DNA of 64,000 nucleotides from an uncultured Propionibacteriaceae bacterium (GTDB lineage Bacteria > Actinomycetota > Actinomycetes > Propionibacteriales > Propionibacteriaceae). The position numbers and the translations under genes are program-made. The notes beneath the pieces were generated by a model. It was not told the origin of the DNA, did no database searches, and saw only the letters and a program-made list of their open reading frames with translations. Positions 29,915-38,208 of the stretch are shown here, piece by piece; position 1 is the first letter of the stretch; each line of letters opens with the position of its first letter. The stretch covers positions 27,893 to 91,892 of the forward strand of contig CALCKT010000062.1 of the NCBI GenBank assembly GCA_937965785.1, written 5' to 3'.

Positions 29915-31894
29915 GTGTTGAGGTCATTGATTCGCGGGATGGCTGTCGTGACCGTCGTGATCGTCGCTGTCCTCTCCTACCTCCAACTGTCGCTTGTGGA
30001 GCAGGAGTACCCCTTGGGGACGGATCGTTCTGGGACAATCCTCTTCAGCAGTTCCAATCTGGCCAAGGAACAGATCCTGGACGGAATTCAGGAAATCAGT
30101 CGCAATCATGACATCGATGTCTATCTGGGGGCTCCTAGTAAGGATGATCCGTTCCATGGGTTGGATCTTTACGCACTGGGTGACAGGCAGCCGGCCGGCG
30201 CCACGGACATTGTCTGGATTGATTTCCTCAGGCACGGCAAGCTGTATCCGGCGAAGGAGCTGGGAGACACCAGTCTCTCGGCGGTCTATGCCCTGAAGGG
30301 CCCGGCGGCCGGGGTTGAGGAATTTGAACGATGGGCACAGGACAACGGCGCGACCGTTTCTTGGGCCCAGGGAGGTCCGTTGGCGATGTTCGCCGCAGGT
30401 CTCGTCTACGGAGGTGCGGGGATCCCGCTAATCGCGCTGGCGGTGCTGGGCGTCACCGTGGTGTTGGCTTGGTATGCGGCGCGTGCTGAATCACGTGCCG
30501 TCAGGCTGCTAGCGGGCACTTCGGATCTACGGATCCAGGCGCAGGACATGCTCGGATGGCTGCGTTTGGCGGTACCTATCGCGCTGATGGGCGTGCTGCT
30601 GCTGGGAATACTGTTCGGTGTTCTCAAGGGATTCGGCGGTGCGCTGGCCCTGATCGCGGTCGTCGGACTGTACCTCTGCCTGCTGGGTGGGATTTCTGTT
30701 GTCTTCGGGGTGGTTGCATCCCTGGTCACCGCGCCATCGGTCAAATCACTGGCCCTGCGACGACCTCCGGAGGCCAGGTTCGAGTTCCCCAGTCAACTCC
30801 TCAAGGCTGTGGCCCTGACCCTTGGGTTGGCCGCCCTGCCGGCCATGCTGTGGCAGGTGAATTCGTCTCTCGATCAGGCCGATATCCAGGGCAGGGCGAT
30901 GCCGCTGAAAGGCTACGTCTCCCAAGCGGTCGGGGGACTCACCAATGAGGAATTCGAGAACAGCATCGGCGTCCTTGGCCGCTTCGTGGGTGCCGTTGAC
31001 GAGACCGGCACCGTGGCATATGCCTCCATTGTGAACAGGGAGGATCCCGGCCCCGAATTCTCCGCCGAAGGGTTCGACGGTTTGGCCGTGATAAACAAGA
31101 AATATGCGGAAGAACTCGGTCTGGGGCTTGTCCCGGGGCAGGGAAGAAGGACCTTGGTCCCGGTGCCCGGGGAAACCGTGGAAAGGCTTCTGAAATCTTT
31201 GGAGGGACGGAACGTCGGTGGGATCTCCGGGAGAGTCGGAAAACAGAATGCCACAGCTCTCGAAAATGGACTCACCGCCTACCGTTTCGAAGATTCTGAG
31301 GGGATCATCGCGCCCACCGGAAGCGGATTGGGTTTCAAACGGTCCAAGCGTCCCCTGCTGCTGGTCTCGGAACGGATCACCGCGAGCTTCAACGACGACG
31401 CCATCGTGTCTGCCATGACCAACGGGGAAATCATGTTCGGTGACACCGGGGTGCTGGAACAGAAAGCCCGGGAACTCGGGGTGACGAGCATGCTCCTGAG
31501 CCGCAGCCGGGTCACCGATTCCGCGTTGCTGTCCGCACAGTTCGCCAACCAGACAGCGTTGACCACCGGCACCACCATCGTGATCCTGCTGGCCGCCATA
31601 GCCGTGAGCGGCTGGTTGTCCGCCCGGGTCTATGCCACCAACAATGCGCGATTCATCTACCCCATGCTGACCTATGGACGCGGCTGGTGGAGCGTACTCA
31701 GAAACCGGATTATCATTGAAGGTGTTATCATCGTATTGACCTTCGTGATCGTGTCGATCGCCTACTTGGCATTTGGCCTGTCCTGGTCGCCCATCCTAAT
31801 GCTCGGGGTCTTGGTCTATCTCCTATATTCCGGATTGTGTCATCAACGAGCGGCATTCAACGTCGTTGCTCGCGTCACCCAACGAGCCCACTGA
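29915..31894 (+). CDS. Large ABC-associated integral membrane permease (FtsX-like / DUF1430-type)
   Basis: 659 aa with an N-terminal TM, a large extracytoplasmic domain, and a TM bundle around 430-560 and at the C-terminus. It is followed by its ABC ATPase. Confidence 0.6.
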   Translation: MLRSLIRGMAVVTVVIVAVLSYLQLSLVEQEYPLGTDRSGTILFSSSNLAKEQILDGIQEISRNHDIDVYLGAPSKDDPFHGLDLYALGDRQPAGATDIVWIDFLRHGKLYPAKELGDTSLSAVYALKGPAAGVEEFERWAQDNGATVSWAQGGPLAMFAAGLVYGGAGIPLIALAVLGVTVVLAWYAARAESRAVRLLAGTSDLRIQAQDMLGWLRLAVPIALMGVLLLGILFGVLKGFGGALALIAVVGLYLCLLGGISVVFGVVASLVTAPSVKSLALRRPPEARFEFPSQLLKAVALTLGLAALPAMLWQVNSSLDQADIQGRAMPLKGYVSQAVGGLTNEEFENSIGVLGRFVGAVDETGTVAYASIVNREDPGPEFSAEGFDGLAVINKKYAEELGLGLVPGQGRRTLVPVPGETVERLLKSLEGRNVGGISGRVGKQNATALENGLTAYRFEDSEGIIAPTGSGLGFKRSKRPLLLVSERITASFNDDAIVSAMTNGEIMFGDTGVLEQKARELGVTSMLLSRSRVTDSALLSAQFANQTALTTGTTIVILLAAIAVSGWLSARVYATNNARFIYPMLTYGRGWWSVLRNRIIIEGVIIVLTFVIVSIAYLAFGLSWSPILMLGVLVYLLYSGLCHQRAAFNVVARVTQRAH

Positions 31895-31907
31895 ACTCAG
31901 GAACATC

Positions 31908-32594
31908 ATGCGGATAACAGCCCACGACATCAATTTCACGATCGATTCCCGTACCATTCTCGATGGTGTTTCGCTCGATGTTCCATCCGGAACCGCGATG
32001 GCGCTCACCGGCCCCAGTGGCTCGGGCAAGACGACGTTGCTCAACTGCCTCAGCCTGCTTCTCCCGGTCAGCCGGGGGGAGATCTTGATCGACGGTACCG
32101 AGGTGACGCGCCTGTCGGAGGGGCGACGGCGACGGTTCTGGCGCGACAGTGCCGCATTCGTTTTCCAGGACTACGGGTTGGTGCCGGATGAGAGCGTCGG
32201 GTTCAACGTCTGCATGGAATCCTCCCCGCTGTTCCGCAAACCGAAGAAGTGGGGGGCCGGGGTGGAGGACGCGCTCAACAGGGTGGGCCTGACAGGCCGG
32301 GCCTCCGAGCAGGTCGCCAAGCTCAGCGGTGGGGAACGGCAGCGGGTCGGTATTGCGCGCGCGATCCACAAGAAGGCCAAGGTCATCTTCGCCGACGAAC
32401 CCACCGCCTCACTGGACGCGGGCAACCGGCAGATCGTCCACGACCTGCTGCTGGGTGAGAAGGCCCGCGGGGCGACCATCGTCATCTCCACCCACGACGA
32501 CCACCTTTCGTCCGCCTGTGACGTGGTGTTCCGCCTGGCCTCTTCTGAGTCCGAGTCGGCTCGCCTGCCGAAGCGCGGTTTGTCTGCTCTGTAG
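31908..32594 (+). CDS. ABC transporter ATP-binding protein
   Basis: Walker A GPSGSGKTT, signature LSGGERQR and Walker B IFADEP. Confidence 0.8.
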   Translation: MRITAHDINFTIDSRTILDGVSLDVPSGTAMALTGPSGSGKTTLLNCLSLLLPVSRGEILIDGTEVTRLSEGRRRRFWRDSAAFVFQDYGLVPDESVGFNVCMESSPLFRKPKKWGAGVEDALNRVGLTGRASEQVAKLSGGERQRVGIARAIHKKAKVIFADEPTASLDAGNRQIVHDLLLGEKARGATIVISTHDDHLSSACDVVFRLASSESESARLPKRGLSAL

Positions 32595-32662
32595 AGCGAA
32601 TAAACGGCACCTCGGCAGGTGGGCAGGCGCCAAGGTCCGTGAGAAACAGAGGGCCACTGCCC

Positions 32663-32727
32663 GGTCCGCCTGCCTTGTGGTCGTCTGCTTGCGCTACAGC
32701 GCTGGCGAATGACGTGTAGGCAGGCGG
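32663..32727 (+). repeat. Structured intergenic repeat, family 2, copy 3 (short variant)
   Basis: Perfect 9-bp outer stem CCGCCTGCC...GGCAGGCGG around ttgcgctacagcgctggcgaatgacg. Confidence 0.7.
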
Positions 32728-32806
32728 AAGGGGAAATGTGAAGCCTCTTGATGCGAGAAAGTATCTCCTGAGGTGATCGCTAGCATTTCTGTTGGGAGGT
32801 GTAAGC

Positions 32807-33049
32807 GTGTCCACCATCACGATCCGAGGGCTCAGCGACGAGGTGCGCGATGAGTTGAAACGTTTGGCGGCTTTGAACAATCGCTCCATGGAAGCCGAGG
32901 CGCGTGAGGCTCTCACCAGGCACACTCTCGCCAACTCCGTTCGGGCGCGGGCCGATGCGATTCTTGCCGCGGGCTGGCGTCTCCGCGATGCGGGTGGTCC
33001 GGTGCTCACGGATGACGACCTTTACGACGAGACGGGTGCGCCCAGGTGA
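32807..33049 (+). CDS. Ribbon-helix-helix antitoxin (FitA/VapB-like)
   Basis: VSTITIRGLSDEVRDELKRLAALNNRSMEAEAREAL is a typical Arc/MetJ-type VapB N-terminus. The GTG start follows GGGAGG. Confidence 0.65.
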   Translation: MSTITIRGLSDEVRDELKRLAALNNRSMEAEAREALTRHTLANSVRARADAILAAGWRLRDAGGPVLTDDDLYDETGAPR

Positions 33050-33099
33050 TCCTCGACACCTCGGCCATCAGGGACCCGTCTGGTCCTGAAGCTCCTTGA
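33046..33099 (+). pseudogene. vapC (PIN toxin) remnant, only 17 codons
   Basis: GTGA-overlapped ORF encoding VILDTSAIRDPSGPEAP* (the canonical PIN N-terminus is ILDTSA). The rest is replaced by the convergent TetR gene. Confidence 0.55.
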
Positions 33100-33784
33100 A
33101 GCTGCGGTGGGCCAGTTCGTCCAGGAACGCCGCCCCGTTCTCGACGCTGCCGACGTAGTGACCGAACAGTTCCATGTTGATGCAGCCGAACAGTTCGGTC
33201 CAGCCTCGCAGGACGATGAGGATCAGCTCGTCGGGAACATCGCCGGGCATTCCCTGCTCACTGATCCAGTGACGCACCCTCGCGAGGTCCTCCCGCAGTG
33301 CCGGGGCCGGTTCCGGTGAGTCCGGCAGCGGCGTCGTCCCCGCCTGCGACCTCATGTCCGAGGCGATCCGGGCCAGCAGGATCGAGATCCGGGACGCGGC
33401 CGGGATGGTCTCCGGCGGGGCCTGGTAGCCGGGCACCGGGGTGCCGTAGATGAGGCCGTACTCGTTGCGGTGCTCCAGCGCCCAGGTGCGGGTGGCGCGC
33501 CACAGCGCCACCCAGCGACCCTCGTGGTCTCCGCGCGGGATCCTGCCCTCGGCCTCCTCGACGGACCGTCCCAGCGACTCGTAGGCGTCGACGATCAACA
33601 GAGTCAACAGGTCGTCGCGGCTCTTCACGTAGCGGTACAGGGCGCCGGGGGTGACCTCGAGGTCGCGCGCCAGGGACCGCATGCCCAGCCCGGAGGCTCC
33701 CTGCTCGACGAGGTGCCGGTGTGCGACCTCTAGCAGTCGCCGCGTGAAGGCGTCGCGGGCCTGGCGGCGTGGGATGGGGGTCAT
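33068..33784 (-). CDS. TetR/AcrR-family regulator
   Basis: TetR HTH (MRSLARDLEVTPGALYRYV), start at MTPIP (33784). Confidence 0.75.
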   Translation of the reverse strand: MTPIPRRQARDAFTRRLLEVAHRHLVEQGASGLGMRSLARDLEVTPGALYRYVKSRDDLLTLLIVDAYESLGRSVEEAEGRIPRGDHEGRWVALWRATRTWALEHRNEYGLIYGTPVPGYQAPPETIPAASRISILLARIASDMRSQAGTTPLPDSPEPAPALREDLARVRHWISEQGMPGDVPDELILIVLRGWTELFGCINMELFGHYVGSVENGAAFLDELAHRSFKELQDQTGP

Positions 33785-33818
33785 GGTCCCAGTCTCGCAC
33801 GACACGAAGAACAAAACC

Positions 33819-33856
33819 GTGAACGCTGTTTACAAAATGGCGTGAACGGTGTTTAC
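33819..33856. promoter_or_regulatory. Tandem palindromic operator GTGAACG(C/G)TGTTTAC x2 between TetR and oxidoreductase
   Basis: Two copies (33819-33833, 33842-33856) of an imperfect palindrome in the divergent promoter region. Confidence 0.55.
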
Positions 33857-33887
33857 TGTTCTTGGGGGCGACAGAATCGGAGGAGAC

Positions 33888-34832
33888 ATGGAACACATCA
33901 CCGTCATCGGAGCAGGACCGCTCGGCAGGGCCGCGACCCGCTCGCTCGTGGAGGCCGGGCACCGGGTCACGGTCGCCACCCGCAGCAGCACGCGGCTGCC
34001 CGGAGCGCAGGCCGTCAGGGCCGATGTCGTCACGGGCGACGGCCTGGAGACGCTCGCGCCCGGGGCAGCGATCGTCGCCTGCTGCGGCATCACCTACACG
34101 ATCGCCGGGTGGCGCCGCGACTGGCCCCTCGCCATCGACAACCTCATCAAGACGGCGGAGCGGCAGGACGCGACCCTCGTGGTCACGGGGAATTACTACT
34201 CCTACGCGCGCGGCCGGATGCCGATGCGCGCCACCGATCCCCTCGACCACCCGCCGTCGGCTCTGGGTGAGGTCCGGGCCGAGGTGTCCCGCAGACTGTT
34301 CGCCGCCCACGAACAGGGGCGCATCCGCGCGGTCGAGGTGCGGGGGTCGTCCTACCTCGGGGCCGACGCGGGGCCGGGCGCCTACCTCGGGCCGCGGTTC
34401 GTGGATCCGCTGCTGGCCAAGGGGGCGACGAGCGTCCTCGGCGATCCCGACCTGCCCTACACCATGACCGCCATCCCCGACTTCGGGCGTCTGCTGGCCC
34501 GCGCCGCCACCGATCCGGAGATGCCCGGCCGGGCCTGGCACGTCCCCAGCGCCCCGGCGGTCAGCGTCCGCGACCTGGCCCGGATGTTGCTGCGTGCCGC
34601 CGGTCGCGACGACGAACCGAGGTTGCGCACCATGCCGGCGTCGTTGCTGCGTGCGCTGGGCTGGTTCTCCCCGACGCTGAGGGCGGTTAGGGAAACCCTC
34701 TACCAGAACACCGAACCCTTCGTCGCCGACGACACCGACACCCGCGAACTGCTCGGCGAGACCCACACGCCGCTGGAGGAAACGGCGACGGACATCGTCG
34801 CAGCCCGGGGTGGGGGTGGGAAAGCTGCTTGA
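33888..34832 (+). CDS. NAD(P)-dependent epimerase/dehydratase-family oxidoreductase
   Basis: N-terminal Rossmann VIGAGPLGRA. The ATG at 33888 follows GGAGGA. Confidence 0.7.
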   Translation: MEHITVIGAGPLGRAATRSLVEAGHRVTVATRSSTRLPGAQAVRADVVTGDGLETLAPGAAIVACCGITYTIAGWRRDWPLAIDNLIKTAERQDATLVVTGNYYSYARGRMPMRATDPLDHPPSALGEVRAEVSRRLFAAHEQGRIRAVEVRGSSYLGADAGPGAYLGPRFVDPLLAKGATSVLGDPDLPYTMTAIPDFGRLLARAATDPEMPGRAWHVPSAPAVSVRDLARMLLRAAGRDDEPRLRTMPASLLRALGWFSPTLRAVRETLYQNTEPFVADDTDTRELLGETHTPLEETATDIVAARGGGGKAA

Positions 34833-34965
34833 GTCGGACTGCTCGCTAGTGGGTGGGTCTGCTTGCCGGGTGCGGGTGGTTTCGACTCAGCCGTTCGCTG
34901 GCGCTCACGAGCTGGCTCAACCAGTTTCGGAAGGGAGAGGCGCTCACGTGCTGGTTCAATCGGCT
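34833..34965. repeat. Hairpin repeat, family 1, diverged copy
   Basis: ggtggtttcgactcagccgttcgctggcgctcacgagctggctcaaccagtttcggaaggg plus a partial duplicate. Confidence 0.6.
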
Positions 34966-34993
34966 GTGAGAGCGGGGCGTCTACTGTGGGGGC

Positions 34994-35719
34994 ATGACCG
35001 CACATGCCGTCACCCGCCACGAAATCTTCCAGACCAGCCTCATCTCCGCCCTCGTCCAGGGCGTCTACGAGGACGAGATGACCCTGGCCGAGCTCCTCGG
35101 CCACGGTTCCTTCGGCATCGGCACCTTCAACGGGCTCGACGGCGAGATGATCATCCTGGGTGGTGTCTGCTACCGACTGCGCGGTGACGGGTCCGTGACC
35201 GTGCCCGAGTTGACGGAACGCACCCCCTACGCCGTCGTGACCAATTTCGTGCCGAGCCTGAGCCGCTCCGTGACGGGACCGATGACCCGGGAGGAGTTCT
35301 CCCGGGCCATCGACGCCTTCGTACCGAGCTCGAACTACATGTACGCGCTCCGGGTGACAGGCCGATTCGCATGGGCAAGCGCACGCACGGTGACGAAACA
35401 GGACCGTCCCTATCGGCCCATGATCGAGGCCACCGACGGCGAGGAGGTCGCCCGCCACGAGGACTTCAATGGGACGATCGCCGGTTTCCGCACACCCCTT
35501 TACGAGTCCGGCATCTCGGTGGCAGGCTGCCACGCCCACATCATCGACGACGACCGCACCTGGGGTGGACACCTGGTGGATTTCGTCCTGGAGGAGGGCG
35601 AGGCCGAACTGTGCCTGGGCACCGACTTCCGCATGCGGCTGCCTTTGACCGAGGAGTTCCGCACCGCCGACCTGTCGGAGGACAAGACCGAGGAGATCCG
35701 CCGGGTAGAGCACCACTGA
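34994..35719 (+). CDS. budA: Alpha-acetolactate decarboxylase
   Basis: ALDC family pattern (LISALVQGVYE..TLAELL.HG.FGIGTFNGLDGEMIIL, HAHI). Confidence 0.75.
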   Translation: MTAHAVTRHEIFQTSLISALVQGVYEDEMTLAELLGHGSFGIGTFNGLDGEMIILGGVCYRLRGDGSVTVPELTERTPYAVVTNFVPSLSRSVTGPMTREEFSRAIDAFVPSSNYMYALRVTGRFAWASARTVTKQDRPYRPMIEATDGEEVARHEDFNGTIAGFRTPLYESGISVAGCHAHIIDDDRTWGGHLVDFVLEEGEAELCLGTDFRMRLPLTEEFRTADLSEDKTEEIRRVEHH

Positions 35720-35889
35720 ACCGTGGGCATGGTCAGTTCCCCGTCCTCGGGAGTCCCGGTTTCAGGGGTGATTTCGATGGAGGGGTGGGGTCGGCAGCTC
35801 GGGCCGAGGGGAGCGTTCCCAGTGTGAGCAGAAGCGCGATCATCAGAATGAGCGGTGACTTGAAGTGATCTCTTCCCTTCGTCTTTCTC

Positions 35890-36378
35890 TCATTGGTGGA
35901 AGATGCTGGTGTAGAGAGACGCCCCGGGATATCTGCTGTAGGTGTTGGTTTCGGAGATGATCAATGTGACTGATAGTGAATCGATTATTTTGGATGCTCC
36001 AGTCGACCGAGGTGAACCGATGGCTGGATCCTCGGTCCAGCCATCCTTGGTTGCTGTCTCCAATATCAGTCTACGAGCATCTTCCGGGGGAATCGTGAGC
36101 TTGTAGAAGTTCGTGATGTTTGGTTGCTTAGGTTCGAATCCTTCATATTTTGTTTCTTCAGTAGCCAGCAGCTCTATTCCGGGCCATGAGGTTTTCATAA
36201 TGCTTTGGTCTCGGAGGGCTTGCATTCTGCTGTGCCAGACTCGGCCGGACGCATTGAGCTGCTGGTGTAACCAGATGCCGGTCCCTGTCGCGGCAATCAG
36301 AAGCATGATTGCCATGGTGATGCATCCGTACTTGACGTATTTGGTTTTTATTGCGATCTGTTTTTCGCCGTGGCTCAT
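35890..36378 (-). CDS. Hypothetical membrane-anchored protein in a low-GC islet
   Basis: About 50% GC against a 68% background. One N-terminal TM, no family. Confidence 0.5.
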   Translation of the reverse strand: MSHGEKQIAIKTKYVKYGCITMAIMLLIAATGTGIWLHQQLNASGRVWHSRMQALRDQSIMKTSWPGIELLATEETKYEGFEPKQPNITNFYKLTIPPEDARRLILETATKDGWTEDPAIGSPRSTGASKIIDSLSVTLIISETNTYSRYPGASLYTSIFHQ

Positions 36379-36639
36379 CTGGAAGCTGCCTCACCAAGGT
36401 TTCTGCGGCGAAGACGAATTGAATTTTCCACGACCGTCTTGGTGTTGCATGCCGGCCTCCTTGCTCGGTGCTGGCAACGCTACGTCACGCGGAGAGCTGA
36501 TGGCAAGAGATCTGGTGGAAATAGCTACGGAATTCCGGGGCGATTGATGCGTTGTTGAATGGCACATGGGCTTTGACAAGGGGTTTCGCTGCGGTGTGCC
36601 TGTTCACGTCGCTCAAGCCTGTGTGATGGCACCGACGTT

Positions 36640-36800
36640 TGACCGACGGGTCGGCTTGCGGTGGACGGGGGGTTTCGACTCGGACTGCTCCTTCGTCGCA
36701 GTCCGGCTCAACCAGCTTCGGAAGAGGAGGGGTGCTCACGTGCCGGCTCAACCAGCTTCGGAGGGGGGGTTCGGCTCGGCCTGTTCCCTCCCCGAAGAGC
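36640..36800. repeat. Hairpin repeat, family 1, diverged copy with internal duplication
   Basis: ggtttcgactcggactgctccttcgtcgcagtccggctcaaccagcttcggaag... then ...cggctcaaccagcttcggaggg. Confidence 0.6.
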
Positions 36801-36825
36801 GCTGCTTTCCGCGGGGAAGGTGGGG

Positions 36826-38016
36826 TCAGGCCAGGTCGCCGTGCATCTTGTGAACCTTCTCCAGGGTCGTCTCCAGTCCGCTGGAGTGCATGTAGTCAGC
36901 GACGTACTTGGGGTTGTACTTCTCCAGTTCCGCTTCTCGGGTGACGATGTCCTGGTACAGGGCCTCGCGTTCCTCGTCGGTGTTGTGGTACTCGGTGTGC
37001 AGGTAGGAATGGGCCCGGCGGTCCAGGCTGCGGATGGCGCTTGCCACGAGACCCTTCCGGCTGAGTAGGGAGACCGCGACGGTGATCGTCAGGATGGTGA
37101 GGATCACGATCAGCGAGTCGATGTCACCGATGTCCCACACGTCGACGTGATGGCCGCCGTTGATGAACGGCACGTTGTTCTCGTTGAGGGCGTGGAGGAT
37201 CAGTTTGATGCCGATGAACCCGAGCACCGTGGTGAGCCCGTACTTGAGGTAGATCAGGCGGTCCAGGAGGTCGTCGATCAGGAAGTACAGCTGCCGCAAC
37301 CCCATCATCGAGAACGCCGTCGCCGTGAACACCAGGTACACGTTGGTGGTGACGCCGTAGACGGCGGGAACTGAGTCCAGCGCGAACAGCAGGTCGGTGC
37401 CGCCGATGGCGATCATCACCAGCAGCATCGGGGTCAGCACCTTGCGGCCGTTCTCGATGGTGAACAGTTTGTCGCCGTCGTAGTGGTCGGTGGTGCGCAG
37501 GTACTTCTTCGCGATGCGGATGACGAAGTTGTCGGCGTCGCCGGACTCCCCGTCCTCCGGGGCCAGCATTCGCCCGGCCGTGATCATCAGGACCAGACCG
37601 AAGATGTAGAAGGTCCAGCTCCACGCCTCCAGCATCGCCTTGCCGAGCGCGATGAACCCCGACCTCGTAAGCAGCGCGAAGACGATCCCGAACAGCAACG
37701 CCTTCTGCTGATCCTGCCTGGGTACGGCGAATGACCCCATGATCACCAGGAAGACAAACAGGTTGTCGACGCTCAGTGCCTTCTCCAGCAGCCAGCCGTT
37801 GAAATACTGGGTGCCCATCTCGACGCCGCCGAAGACGGTCACCGCGACCCCGAAGAGGATGGCCAGACCCACGTAGATGATGGACCAGACGGTGGCTTCC
37901 TTGAGGGTGGGGGCGTGCGCCCTGCGGACGTGGACGAAGAAATCGAAGGCGAGCAGGCCCGCTATGAGCAGCAGGGTCAGGACCCAGATCCAGAAAGGGA
38001 CGGACAACCGGTTCAC
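36826..38016 (-). CDS. TerC-family integral membrane protein with C-terminal cytoplasmic extension
   Basis: TerC/Alx-like TM core (LSVDNLFVFL... / DSVPAVYGVT). Confidence 0.8.
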   Translation of the reverse strand: MNRLSVPFWIWVLTLLLIAGLLAFDFFVHVRRAHAPTLKEATVWSIIYVGLAILFGVAVTVFGGVEMGTQYFNGWLLEKALSVDNLFVFLVIMGSFAVPRQDQQKALLFGIVFALLTRSGFIALGKAMLEAWSWTFYIFGLVLMITAGRMLAPEDGESGDADNFVIRIAKKYLRTTDHYDGDKLFTIENGRKVLTPMLLVMIAIGGTDLLFALDSVPAVYGVTTNVYLVFTATAFSMMGLRQLYFLIDDLLDRLIYLKYGLTTVLGFIGIKLILHALNENNVPFINGGHHVDVWDIGDIDSLIVILTILTITVAVSLLSRKGLVASAIRSLDRRAHSYLHTEYHNTDEEREALYQDIVTREAELEKYNPKYVADYMHSSGLETTLEKVHKMHGDLA

Positions 38017-38208
38017 TCCTCGATAGAGATTCGAAGGGCAGTCGCGGGTCGATCCGGGAAAGCGATCTGGGCGACCTCATCAAGGGTACCCGTCCCGGCC
38101 GGGGGCAACAATCGTCATCCACTCCGTGCCGTGAACCTCCCGTCGGTTGTGATGGTGGGCCCCGGTAGTCTCGTGGCAGCGAAGTTGTGGAAGGGAGCCG
38201 ACGTGACC

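Noticed and set aside
38017-38208. Possible yybP-ykoY Mn riboswitch in the TerC leader
   Set aside because: TerC/Alx genes are commonly preceded by this riboswitch, but I could not find the conserved GGGGAGUAG and GUCAACGAGAC-type segments in the 192-bp divergent intergenic region. It needs Infernal to settle.
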